Positions 7,419 to 16,689 are shown, counted from the first letter of the stretch. The stretch: 64,000 nucleotides of DNA from a virus (IMGVR_UViG_3300033121_000943:7140-71139); one strand, 5' to 3'. The notes: generated by a model from the sequence alone, not told the origin. Numbers and translations are program-made.

Positions 7419-9293
7419 TTACATGACTCCCATCTGTTGCCTGCCCTGTGTTGCCGCCTGATCTCGCACCTGTTGCATAGCTTTCAGGACGACAGCATGA
7501 AACGTTCTGTATTTGTCTCTGAGGATCTTTAGTTCTTGATCCTTTTGTGCTGGTGGCATCATAACCAATTGCTGAGCCAACGCTTGAGCCGATGCCTCGA
7601 AATCCATGAGATTAGACGGCGGAATGAAGCCGTTCGAAGGCAGTGACCCGGGCAAAGGACCTGCTGGCATAGCCGCTGGATCGCCCGCTGGCTGTTGACC
7701 TTGAGCAGCAGGGTCCATTGGCGGAGCCTGTAGTTGCTCGTACATGGCGGAGCTTTCCTGCTGCTTCTGTGTAATTTCCTGTGCACGCTCTTGGAATTGT
7801 TGCCGAAGCTTTTGCTCTTCGAACTGGCTCCATAGGTCGTCTCGAACAGAGATACCGAGTCGTTTGAGCGGCTCCGACATACTGATCTGACCGGTAGAAG
7901 CCAACTGCGTGAGCAACGACAAAATCTGCATATCGTCAACCAGCTTGATTGGTTCGTGCGAAGCCGAGATCGGTGCCATGCTGGATAGCTGCGATACCCG
8001 GTCAGCGACGAACTGGATCAAGCTGTTCAGGATTGTCACCAAAGCTCCGTTTTGCACTTCAAACAATCGCAAGCCCATAGGAGAGGCGTTAGCCGTCAAC
8101 GAGCCCTTGTAGAGCTCTATGGGCAAGCCAGCGGCATCTACGAGGTCTTCCTTGGTCATCGCAAACATCTGTGCCGGAAACAGGTTGTTGGCGTCGCCGC
8201 CAAGCATCTGCGCATTGATCGGTGTCGCCACCGAGTGCCACCGAGTAGGATCCTGCCGATGGCTATTAATGATTCGGTTGAAATTACGGCTGAACTCACT
8301 CACCGGCATCGCAGATAACGGACTGGTAGATCTGTTCGCCACAGGTGCCTCTGCAGGCGATACCACCTTGATTGGGTGGTCTAGATCCAATGCTATCGAC
8401 TGTATCGATTTCCTCAACAAGTGTAAGAGCCATGATTGCTTGTGCAAACCAGTGACTCTCGGTAGACCCCATCCATTGTTCTTGATGCTGGCGAGCGTAG
8501 GCTCTTTGGCGTGGAAGATTCGGTCTTTGTGGAACTTGAACAACGTGTTCTTTTCAATCGACGACAGCATCGGCATCTCTAGAGTGGCCAGAGTCCTGAC
8601 GTCGTTTTTCTTCACCGCGTTTTTGATAGTCGACGGAATGTTCCAATAGATTTCCGTCTCTTCGGTCACTTCGTAATATCGCATTACGATCTGTCTGGCT
8701 GGCCAATGCTTGATTTTGTAGTTGCCAACGTCGGTAGACCGGTCATCCCGGTGATCGTGCGGCTTTGGCGACCCTAGACGCCTTTGCCGACAGAATGCGC
8801 TTTTGCAGGATGCATAGAAAGTCCCGGATTTGTAGCTAACGTTGTCCTTTGGCGACATGTCGGCCAGTCGCTGAGACCTGCCGCAGTCTGGGCATGTAAG
8901 CCACCGTTCCAGAGGCGACACTAGGCTGACGAAGTCGTTGCCATAAAACATGACGTTGAGCAACGTAGCGTAAGCGTGCAACGGCCAGCTGAGTTTCTTA
9001 TCTACGAGGTCTTTCCACGTTCGCTGCTCCTCCGGAGAGATCGGACGGTGGTCCGGATCCAGCGATTCGTATTTGACCGGAGTAACGAACGGACTTACGA
9101 GCCGCCGCATGGCTTCCCGCATTTCCGGCGTCATTAGATAAGAGAACTCGGCCCAATCGAACAATTCTGTAAGACTGTCCCACACGTACGTCGAAGTGTA
9201 ATCGACGTATGGCGATGGAAAGCGAGTTCTCGAGTTCATTCCGTCGGAGATCGTTCCACACGAAAACGACGACATCCCATCTGTATTGGCCAT
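7419..9293 (-). CDS. probable portal protein with a Cys4 insertion
   Basis: 624 aa; FYGNDFVS, IFHAK..GWGLP and a Q/P-rich C-terminus resemble large-phage portals. Confidence 0.6.
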   Translation of the reverse strand: MANTDGMSSFSCGTISDGMNSRTRFPSPYVDYTSTYVWDSLTELFDWAEFSYLMTPEMREAMRRLVSPFVTPVKYESLDPDHRPISPEEQRTWKDLVDKKLSWPLHAYATLLNVMFYGNDFVSLVSPLERWLTCPDCGRSQRLADMSPKDNVSYKSGTFYASCKSAFCRQRRLGSPKPHDHRDDRSTDVGNYKIKHWPARQIVMRYYEVTEETEIYWNIPSTIKNAVKKNDVRTLATLEMPMLSSIEKNTLFKFHKDRIFHAKEPTLASIKNNGWGLPRVTGLHKQSWLLHLLRKSIQSIALDLDHPIKVVSPAEAPVANRSTSPLSAMPVSEFSRNFNRIINSHRQDPTRWHSVATPINAQMLGGDANNLFPAQMFAMTKEDLVDAAGLPIELYKGSLTANASPMGLRLFEVQNGALVTILNSLIQFVADRVSQLSSMAPISASHEPIKLVDDMQILSLLTQLASTGQISMSEPLKRLGISVRDDLWSQFEEQKLRQQFQERAQEITQKQQESSAMYEQLQAPPMDPAAQGQQPAGDPAAMPAGPLPGSLPSNGFIPPSNLMDFEASAQALAQQLVMMPPAQKDQELKILRDKYRTFHAVVLKAMQQVRDQAATQGRQQMGVM

Positions 9294-9298
9294 TGTGT

Positions 9299-9469
9299 CT
9301 ACTTGTTGCTAGGACGTGACCCGACAATTTCCGTAAGGCAATCCAAGGTATCCGTGGACGCCGCTTTACGCGTAATATCCGCGTTTTTAGGGTCCATAGC
9401 AACTTCTTTAACCGGATTGTCCTTCGGCTTAGGAGTCACGTCGTCTCGTACAACACCGTATTTTTCCAT
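9299..9469 (-). CDS. small hypothetical protein (MEKYGV...)
   Basis: Fills the gap between two genes; ATG 1 nt after upstream TAA. Confidence 0.6.
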   Translation of the reverse strand: MEKYGVVRDDVTPKPKDNPVKEVAMDPKNADITRKAASTDTLDCLTEIVGSRPSNK

Positions 9470-9470
9470 G

Positions 9471-10223
9471 TTATTCCCCGAAAACAAGAAGGATCAGCTT
9501 ACCGATGTCGAGTCGCAGGAAGCCCTGGCTCACTGTGTATGATTCCACATTTTCACCATTGTAAGCTACGTCGAGGAGATTAGCCGTATTGTCGTGTTCG
9601 GCGCCCAAATGAGGCACTTCAGGCACAACCACGTCCGGTCGTCTACCGTCCAGAACAACGATCGTAAGTCTGCCGCTGTCGATTTCCTGTTCTAGAACCC
9701 AGTCCGCTTCGAACGAGGTCGACGTCCGAACTCCGGTAGCTAAAAAATAGGTCAGCTTGCACACGAACTCCGGCGTAGCCGGCTCCGACATCAAACCCGG
9801 TAAACCTAATTCGTATGGAATTGGTTTGTTTTGGTTTGATGTTCTTTCTACTCGGATAAACTTATTCATCTGCTTCACCTCGACCTCCGTAACTTCCCTA
9901 GGCGACGGCCTAGATGCTAGCTTTTTCTCTCGCTCATTACACAACCGGTTGAAGTGCGAGATCGCTAACGTGCCGATCTCGCACCCTTTCTGGTCCTCTT
10001 CCGACATGGCCCCGTACTCTTCCGTAGCAAGCTGAAACGCCAACTCAGCTAAATCGTTGTTGGCTATGCTCGCCTTGTAAGTTACAGGGCCATTTCCTGA
10101 TGAAGCGTCCATGATATCTTTGGCCTGAAGCCTTTTACCAGAACGCTTGGTTTCTACGGGAGGTCCTAGCCCTTCCGTGTATGCCGCGAGCCCCGTTGGA
10201 ACTTCTTCGAATGGGAATTGCAT
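9471..10223 (-). CDS. hypothetical protein
   Basis: 250-aa ORF in a co-oriented gene run. Confidence 0.75.
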   Translation of the reverse strand: MQFPFEEVPTGLAAYTEGLGPPVETKRSGKRLQAKDIMDASSGNGPVTYKASIANNDLAELAFQLATEEYGAMSEEDQKGCEIGTLAISHFNRLCNEREKKLASRPSPREVTEVEVKQMNKFIRVERTSNQNKPIPYELGLPGLMSEPATPEFVCKLTYFLATGVRTSTSFEADWVLEQEIDSGRLTIVVLDGRRPDVVVPEVPHLGAEHDNTANLLDVAYNGENVESYTVSQGFLRLDIGKLILLVFGE

Positions 10224-11542
10224 GGCTTACCTTTGAATTCTCGAACAGGTAGGTTAGCCCCGGTCTCGAATACCAATGAACCGAATCGTGCAATAACACG
10301 ACTTCGTTCGAACACAACCTGGGCCGTCGGTGTAAGTGTTACGTAAGCGTTCTGCTCATCGTAGCACTCTTTGCCGACTAAGACACCCAGTGTATCAGGT
10401 CTTACATGCAATCTGTTCACGGCCGCCATAGGGACGACATAATTTTTGTCATCCACATAAACCAACGTGTTTGCCACGAAAATGCTTGAGGCTATGCTCA
10501 ATTCCTCTTTCGTTGCTTCACGCGATTTATCAGGGCCGAACTCCCCAATCGTGTCCCCAGCTTTCAGAACATCGCCTGCCTTAACCACGATTTGGTAAGG
10601 CGGAGGCACTAGTTCGGAATCACCGTTGGACATAAGAACCACGTTCTCCTCGACAGACTCGACCGTGCAGTCGTCGTTGCAGCGAATAACGGTAGATCGA
10701 TTACCTATTGCCGAATACACGGCCGCTGCGAACTCCTTCACGGTACGGTACGATCGTTCCACCGGAGCCATCTTAGAAGCGGATACGTTTAACCGAACCG
10801 CCAATCTCGTTCGGCAAAAACCGACGTTTTGCGACGCGTCGACTACTGCCTGAGCAATGTTCTCGGTGTCCAACGAACCTTCCGTCATACCGTTAAATCC
10901 GTCAGAAATGGCTGGGCCATTGAACTGACGATTGATCATGTAACGGTAGATGGTTCGAGGCTCCTTGAACTGAAACAGTGGTTCGCCTTTCTTCACTTTG
11001 ATCTGTGAATAAAAGGCAGCTACCAATGATTCGTGCTCCTCGCCGGCCACCGTCAACGGTTCGCTCAAAACGTTGTCGTTTGCGATAACCGCTACACGAC
11101 AGTTCGTGTCGCCCCACTGCATCGAGACTTCGAAATCCCCGTTGCTTCTGAACCGACCCATGACGCGGCCATTCGCCGGTGCACGTAGCTCTCGCAACGT
11201 CTCCTCTTGCATGAGTTGGTTTCGAACTACTGGTTCAGCCAGATCGATGCATCGATCTTTCGCTGTCAGCTTGATGTCCTCGCCAACCCATACGTCACAT
11301 GTCGTATTTCCGGCGAGTCGCACCGGAATATCGCTGACAATGCCGTCGATGGCATAGGCAAACGACGTGTTACGCATCGGAACGAACACAGAGTCCCCGG
11401 CCATATTGATGTTGTCCGAAGACATAACCATCCGTGCCACCTTGGACTTGATCTGCGATCGTACCTCATCGCGACCCTTGTTGTAGGCAGCGATGGTTTC
11501 GGAAACTGGCGACGATGCTGGAATCAATTTGATCTTTGCCAT
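10166..11542 (-). CDS. hypothetical protein with two sandwich-barrel-hybrid-like motifs
   Basis: LRAPANGRV...VKKGEPLF and IRCNDDCTV...YQIVVKAGDVLKAGDTI. Confidence 0.6.
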   Translation of the reverse strand: MAKIKLIPASSPVSETIAAYNKGRDEVRSQIKSKVARMVMSSDNINMAGDSVFVPMRNTSFAYAIDGIVSDIPVRLAGNTTCDVWVGEDIKLTAKDRCIDLAEPVVRNQLMQEETLRELRAPANGRVMGRFRSNGDFEVSMQWGDTNCRVAVIANDNVLSEPLTVAGEEHESLVAAFYSQIKVKKGEPLFQFKEPRTIYRYMINRQFNGPAISDGFNGMTEGSLDTENIAQAVVDASQNVGFCRTRLAVRLNVSASKMAPVERSYRTVKEFAAAVYSAIGNRSTVIRCNDDCTVESVEENVVLMSNGDSELVPPPYQIVVKAGDVLKAGDTIGEFGPDKSREATKEELSIASSIFVANTLVYVDDKNYVVPMAAVNRLHVRPDTLGVLVGKECYDEQNAYVTLTPTAQVVFERSRVIARFGSLVFETGANLPVREFKGKPCNSHSKKFQRGSRHTRKG

Positions 11543-11546
11543 TACA

Positions 11547-12209
11547 TTAAACTCCTAGACTCGTAAAAGCGTACTTACGGCCAGGACCGAACAATTCGGT
11601 CTTAAGGCCAAGAGAACTGGGATCACAGATAGACATCGTTGTTTCAACGATCGACTCTGCGATCAATGCCTCGACGTCGTTGTCGAGCTGGTTAAGTCGG
11701 CTCTGAATAGCCGGGATGCCTTCGTACGGATGGGCATGATTCCCACCGAACATACGAAGCCTTACACTTCTCGGAAATTTGATTTCGGTGTTGTCCCTCG
11801 AGTACCGAAGGTCATAACCACCTATACGATTGTTACGGTAGCAAACGATTCGTTTGCTACTGAGCACCATGTCTTCGCGACGAACGAGAATGTACTCGTT
11901 ATTATCGCCCATGATGCCGACATATCGTTTTGCAACGACAGGTCCGTAGACAGACTCCACAAAGTCAGCTGGTACCAAGTTAAGAACATTGGCACCGATG
12001 TCCCATGCAGATATTTTGTCTGTCAAGAATAACGTTGACTCACTTGCCAATGGTAAGTCATCGGCAACAATCCACCTCACGGCGGATTTGCCTTTAGGAG
12101 TCAGTAGATCGAAACACGCCTCAGCAATGAGTGTGTCAAAACCACTGACCGTCGGTCGCAACAAGAAGAAACTTTCATCTTGGTTGCGACAAAGCATTAA
12201 CGTGTACAT
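11547..12209 (-). CDS. hypothetical protein
   Basis: 220-aa ORF with GGAGG SD. Confidence 0.8.
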   Translation of the reverse strand: MYTLMLCRNQDESFFLLRPTVSGFDTLIAEACFDLLTPKGKSAVRWIVADDLPLASESTLFLTDKISAWDIGANVLNLVPADFVESVYGPVVAKRYVGIMGDNNEYILVRREDMVLSSKRIVCYRNNRIGGYDLRYSRDNTEIKFPRSVRLRMFGGNHAHPYEGIPAIQSRLNQLDNDVEALIAESIVETTMSICDPSSLGLKTELFGPGRKYAFTSLGV

Positions 12210-12261
12210 TTTCGTACCTCCATATAAACGAGCGAACGGCGACTAAAGTGTTCGCCCACTG

Positions 12262-12294
12262 TCTATATGTAGCGATGTACACGCTCTTATTAAG
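12262..12294 (-). promoter_or_regulatory. bipartite motif CTTAAT-N16-CTACATA-T-AGA, copy 1
   Basis: Intergenic; same spacing at 45833 and 60199. Confidence 0.7.
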
Positions 12295-12301
12295 ACGATT
12301 T

Positions 12302-12916
12302 CTAAAAGAAATCGCCCTCGTCTTCTGACTGCGTAGAGGCGTTACTTTGAGTCTCTATCACATGACTCTTTCGCACGATTTCACCACTAGTAGATGGCAC
12401 GTGCTCTTCGACGCCGTCTACCAGACTGATGCGTTTGTTTCCGAAATCGGCAATGGCCGACAACGTAACACCCGAACCAACCAAGATAGGTACGAGCTCT
12501 CCTCGGAAAATGAACATTCGTACGTCGATATCGATCGCGGTCGCTATGTGCTGTGAAGCCGCTGTCGCCAATTCTTCTTCGCTAGAAAAGCCCTGACATG
12601 TTGGGCTTTGGCCCAGGGTTGCCGTTACTAACCACAGGCATTTGTCCTTTGGTAACGGTTCCTCTTGCGACTGCGACGAACTGCTCTGGGGCGAGTCCTC
12701 GTCGCATGGCGTCGATTGCTCGCTCGATGTACTCTCGTTGCTCGTCGTTATTTCCGGCAACGAATCCAGGGATTCCTCCGTCTGGGATTCCTCCTGTACC
12801 AACGACAACGTCGATACTTCCTCCGACGGCGTCAACTGCGTCGATGACGCTGTCGATTTCAGGCGGAAGGTCATCGGAATGTCCTGTGGATCCTGTTCCT
12901 GATCCTGCATGTTCAA
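12302..12916 (-). CDS. hypothetical protein with acidic S/E/Q-rich N-terminal part; start uncertain
   Basis: 204-aa ORF overlapping the upstream ORF by 335 nt. Confidence 0.55.
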   Translation of the reverse strand: MNMQDQEQDPQDIPMTFRLKSTASSTQLTPSEEVSTLSLVQEESQTEESLDSLPEITTSNESTSSEQSTPCDEDSPQSSSSQSQEEPLPKDKCLWLVTATLGQSPTCQGFSSEEELATAASQHIATAIDIDVRMFIFRGELVPILVGSGVTLSAIADFGNKRISLVDGVEEHVPSTSGEIVRKSHVIETQSNASTQSEDEGDFF

Positions 12917-13133
12917 ATACTCCTGCGATCGTTGCTACGACGACCCTACCCTGGATTGTTACATTCGGCGCCGATACTGACGTAGCCGTGATGTTGTGTT
13001 GTTCGCACAGTCTACCGACTTTGGCCGTAATATCTTTTATTACAGTTTCAACTGATAAAGCAATTGTAACTGTGTCATCCACTTTCGCGGCTGGAATTTC
13101 GACTGCTGTGCTAAGTGCGTGAACAATGCTCAT
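12582..13133 (-). CDS. hypothetical protein
   Basis: 183-aa ORF starting 4 nt after upstream stop. Confidence 0.65.
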   Translation of the reverse strand: MSIVHALSTAVEIPAAKVDDTVTIALSVETVIKDITAKVGRLCEQHNITATSVSAPNVTIQGRVVVATIAGVFEHAGSGTGSTGHSDDLPPEIDSVIDAVDAVGGSIDVVVGTGGIPDGGIPGFVAGNNDEQREYIERAIDAMRRGLAPEQFVAVARGTVTKGQMPVVSNGNPGPKPNMSGLF

Positions 13134-13137
13134 GAGA

Positions 13138-13683
13138 TTACTCCGGTATTACGATCTCTCTGGCCAGGGTCTTATCGAAGATAATAGAGTAACTCAACGT
13201 GAGCCCGCCTGGAACAACAGTAAGCGGGGACAGTACCCAGGCACCCTCGTCACATTCGACACCGACAGCCCGAGCCTTAATGGGCGATACATTCAGCGTT
13301 TCAAATGGATTCTGGAACTCTACGTCCTGGATAATGTAATGGAGAACCTTGGATCCTTTAAGGAAAAAAGAAAGAATAGCCTCCTGAGCATGAGGCCACT
13401 CTTCCTTAGGAATACCGAATAAGTTAGTGCCGCCGATTCGATGGGCAGCACCTAACTTACCAAGTTGAACAAGTTCGAATCCCAACGGCCAGTAGACGAC
13501 AGAGCTAGGTAGCCCTGTCGTTTGCCTACTGTAATCCAACGGATCCACGCTTACGTTCGGCAACAAAACCATAGGAATGTAAGGCAGGAAAAACTCATAG
13601 TCTTTGCTCGCAGCGACCAGATCTGAGGTCCCTGTGGCTCTAACCGGCCTAAGCCCACCATGCATTCCTTGTGCGTCGCTCAC
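13138..13683 (-). CDS. hypothetical protein
   Basis: 181-aa ORF tightly packed in the gene run. Confidence 0.7.
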   Translation of the reverse strand: MSDAQGMHGGLRPVRATGTSDLVAASKDYEFFLPYIPMVLLPNVSVDPLDYSRQTTGLPSSVVYWPLGFELVQLGKLGAAHRIGGTNLFGIPKEEWPHAQEAILSFFLKGSKVLHYIIQDVEFQNPFETLNVSPIKARAVGVECDEGAWVLSPLTVVPGGLTLSYSIIFDKTLAREIVIPE

Positions 13684-13686
13684 GAC

Positions 13687-14373
13687 TTATTCCTTAGTTT
13701 TGGGAAACTTGTAAATTACGCCTCTAGGTAACTTACCAGCGGCAATCTGACGAAGCATGGCGGCGTACACCATGTTCTTATCCAACTGGTCTCGCCTAGC
13801 CGTGGTTCCAAATCGGATCCTGTCTACCTCGAGAGCGTCTACAAAATTGTAATAACGATCGAGCTCGGCCGGACCCACAGAAACGCTGTGATAGTGCTTC
13901 GGCGTCATGGCCATACGAACAGCTTTGCTGTCATGCTTCAAGAGATAGCCGTCTTCGATCACCATTCTCTTGAAGATATTATAAGTGACGTCGTCGCCTA
14001 CATTGTGCAAGTGTACCTCGGGTACAGCGTTGATGTCGCTGATGACCAACCTGTCCATATCGAGCCAACTTAAGAACTGCCGAAACATTGTTATGTGGGC
14101 GTGACTTACAGCAACACTAAGCCCATCTGGCGTCATGCTGCTCCAGTCATGTTCGTACACGACGCCGACAGTAATATCCAGCAGCTTCGCGAACTCTGGG
14201 TCATTCGGCAGGTTCTCCTCCCACTCCCTTCTTTCCTTTTCGACGTACTGGTCGATCAGCTCCTGCTTTTTGTAATTTTTCGGAGCCTTGAACTCCGGAA
14301 TTCTTTCTTGCGGGATTTGAGACAATTCGACCGATTCTCTTGTTCCGGTCATAAAGATATGGATTTTCGCCAT
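13687..14373 (-). CDS. PolB-related 3'-5' exonuclease-like protein, probably inactive
   Basis: FKAPKNYKKQELIDQY..E...W....DP matches the stand-alone phage exonuclease signature, but the DIET motif reads FMTGT. Confidence 0.5.
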   Translation of the reverse strand: MAKIHIFMTGTRESVELSQIPQERIPEFKAPKNYKKQELIDQYVEKERREWEENLPNDPEFAKLLDITVGVVYEHDWSSMTPDGLSVAVSHAHITMFRQFLSWLDMDRLVISDINAVPEVHLHNVGDDVTYNIFKRMVIEDGYLLKHDSKAVRMAMTPKHYHSVSVGPAELDRYYNFVDALEVDRIRFGTTARRDQLDKNMVYAAMLRQIAAGKLPRGVIYKFPKTKE

Positions 14374-14929
14374 TGAGTATTTCTCCAAATTGCATCGACC
14401 TCATTAGCCAGAAAGCGATCATTGCTGCTTCTGCTAAGTTGTCGTCCTTTGCGACCGCATCCGGTACGTTCTTGAATTCGAACGTACTAAACCTTTCGAG
14501 ACTCTTCTCTTTATCGGATGGGATCGATAACTCGCTCTTCCAAGTAATTGGTGCCACCATGAAGAACTTAATGTCCATGGCATTCAATGCGTCGTGCCAT
14601 GCGTTCAAGCACCCACCGGTGCTGAAATACGTCTTCGGACTAGATATGCCCGTTCTCACAGTAGCCTCTTCTACGACGACCATCGGGCCAATGTAACCTT
14701 TAGAGATAGCTAACTCCCTAAGCTCTGTCAGCATCGCTGTGAAAGCCTGGGAGTTATATATCTTCTTGGTTGACTTGACATACAATTTCTTGCCCGCACT
14801 CTTCATGAGATTACGGACATGGACGTTTTTCATCGGAGTCCTACGGTGGAATAGTATCTCTCGATTTTCGTCGATCGCTACTATCCCACCTTTTTGACCC
14901 AAGTCTACGCCACACGGCATGTACTTCAC
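14201..14929 (-). CDS. ruvC: RuvC-like Holliday junction resolvase
   Basis: GVDLGQKGGIV, VVVEE, VAPITWK, DDNLAEAAMIA. Confidence 0.85.
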   Translation of the reverse strand: MKYMPCGVDLGQKGGIVAIDENREILFHRRTPMKNVHVRNLMKSAGKKLYVKSTKKIYNSQAFTAMLTELRELAISKGYIGPMVVVEEATVRTGISSPKTYFSTGGCLNAWHDALNAMDIKFFMVAPITWKSELSIPSDKEKSLERFSTFEFKNVPDAVAKDDNLAEAAMIAFWLMRSMQFGEILNGENPYLYDRNKRIGRIVSNPARKNSGVQGSEKLQKAGADRPVRRKGKKGVGGEPAE

Positions 14930-15624
14930 TTAGACGCCTCCGACAGAGCAGAAGTCGTGATCGTCTCGATAAGACGCGTTGACAGTCCCGCTCTTACAGC
15001 AAACTCGACTGCATTACGTAATCGCAAGTTAGCCTCTTTCTCTGGATTTACGTCGTTATCCAGCATCCGTAATAATTCACCGGCGTCAGAGAAAATACGA
15101 GACGCCAATACATTCGATGGTGTACCCATCTCATACAGCTGGCGACAAGCCACCCAGAAGCGAGCGAAGAAGTACTGCGAGAACATGGACATATAGGCCA
15201 CCTTCCCGATCTCGCTCATGTTGTTCCAACCTACGGCGTCGAGAGTGTCCATGAACGTCATGTCCTTGGCACATTCCTCGGTGGTACTTCGCTCGAAAAA
15301 GTCATGGATTACTTTGAAGGCTCCGAAGACTTCTTGCTCGAAATCGAATCCTTCGCCACCAGCTTTAGAAAGGACTTCGACAAGACCCGGCCAGAAGTTT
15401 CGATCGAAAGCCGCAGCTGTCGAGTTCACCGCACTGGTAACCATAGCTATGACGTGCGCGTCGGGACTGAACCACTGTGTAGTTCCGTCCGGCGTCTTAG
15501 GCCTGATCATTGTTACTTGGTTGAATATCGCGTCTCGGAGCTCCTTACGGTTGGTAGGGATCTCTGGTTTGGCAGTCTTTTCTTTCTCGTTTTCCTTCGG
15601 TTCCCCTGTGAGATCGTCCGACAT
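14926..15624 (-). CDS. hypothetical protein
   Basis: 232-aa ORF with AGGAG SD. Confidence 0.8.
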   Translation of the reverse strand: MSDDLTGEPKENEKEKTAKPEIPTNRKELRDAIFNQVTMIRPKTPDGTTQWFSPDAHVIAMVTSAVNSTAAAFDRNFWPGLVEVLSKAGGEGFDFEQEVFGAFKVIHDFFERSTTEECAKDMTFMDTLDAVGWNNMSEIGKVAYMSMFSQYFFARFWVACRQLYEMGTPSNVLASRIFSDAGELLRMLDNDVNPEKEANLRLRNAVEFAVRAGLSTRLIETITTSALSEASK

Positions 15625-15865
15625 ACTTAGCTCCTATTTCTTCCTTCAACATCGAGAACAACAACCAGAACATGATACTCTGGGCGATTAAGAAAAACAC
15701 GGGGTGGAGTAGGCCGAGTACGGCACTTGCTATCGTAGCAGGCCATATCGGCACCGTAGGTGACTTGATCACCAACGCCATCAACAAATTACTCAGTAAG
15801 AGTGCCACCATTGCGACCTGTAAGGCGATCGGTAACGTACTTGTGTCCTTGAGTACTGCGTCCAT
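15545..15865 (-). CDS. small membrane protein
   Basis: Two to three hydrophobic segments. Confidence 0.65.
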   Translation of the reverse strand: MDAVLKDTSTLPIALQVAMVALLLSNLLMALVIKSPTVPIWPATIASAVLGLLHPVFFLIAQSIMFWLLFSMLKEEIGAKYVGRSHRGTEGKRERKDCQTRDPYQP

Positions 15866-16184
15866 TGTTGCTCTTCCTCTTAAGAATTAAGTTCATGTAA
15901 TTACAATGGTGGCTGATACCGTTAAGTATCGCGGGTCTGTCGCATACGACCCAGTCACGTGTCAACCATACCGAAGCATTTTTATACGCCACAAAGTATG
16001 CGTTATACGTCCATGTTGTTCGAGACATCGCCATGTAGGCCAACGGCATATCCATGTCGTCGTAGAGAGATGCGGCCATTGATTCGGCTATGTACGACCT
16101 TACGTGAACACTGCGATACGAGTAATAACGAGCAGCGTCCAGATAAAAGACGATGACTTTACTTGGATCGTTACTGACTGTCAT
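15789..16184 (-). CDS. hypothetical protein
   Basis: 131-aa ORF filling the gap between neighbours. Confidence 0.6.
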   Translation of the reverse strand: MTVSNDPSKVIVFYLDAARYYSYRSVHVRSYIAESMAASLYDDMDMPLAYMAMSRTTWTYNAYFVAYKNASVWLTRDWVVCDRPAILNGISHHCNYMNLILKRKSNNGRSTQGHKYVTDRLTGRNGGTLTE

Positions 16185-16689
16185 GCATATAACCGATCAG
16201 CTTACCCAGCCTATAGACCTCGGGCCTGCTTATGCCGAGTACGTTAAACCAGGCCAGAAAATACGCTTCAAGCCGATCCGCTTCTGGATGAATGGTTTTG
16301 TAAGATGCTTGAAATGAGTGGTAGTTCTGGACCTTGTCTGCGATGAGCATTTTGTTTACATCTTCCAACGGGCTCAGTTTGATGGCCGTTGGATCGTTCT
16401 CGTACCTCTCGCGCAACCCTTGATTGGCGATATTACGGTATTCCATCGTCAGCATCACACATGTTGACGACAACGACGTAAGCCATATCGAGTTGGCTTT
16501 AAGATCTTCGTCTGATTGAACGACTGCGTGCATGGCGAATGCGTCTTTGACGCTTTGATGCACATTAAGATCGTTCAGTATCACTAACCCCTCGTCGATG
16601 TGCCTGATGTACGGCACACCGGCCCTGCTTACTTTCTGGCACAGTATGTTGGATACGATGCCGTAAGTAAAAGACTCAGCCATTAGCAC
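16171..16689 (-). CDS. HD-superfamily, small-alarmone-hydrolase-like protein (HD motif reads HA)
   Basis: GVPYIRH, AFAMHAVV, MLIADKVQN follow the RelA/SpoT hydrolase motif order. Confidence 0.55.
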   Translation of the reverse strand: MLMAESFTYGIVSNILCQKVSRAGVPYIRHIDEGLVILNDLNVHQSVKDAFAMHAVVQSDEDLKANSIWLTSLSSTCVMLTMEYRNIANQGLRERYENDPTAIKLSPLEDVNKMLIADKVQNYHSFQASYKTIHPEADRLEAYFLAWFNVLGISRPEVYRLGKLIGYMHDSQ

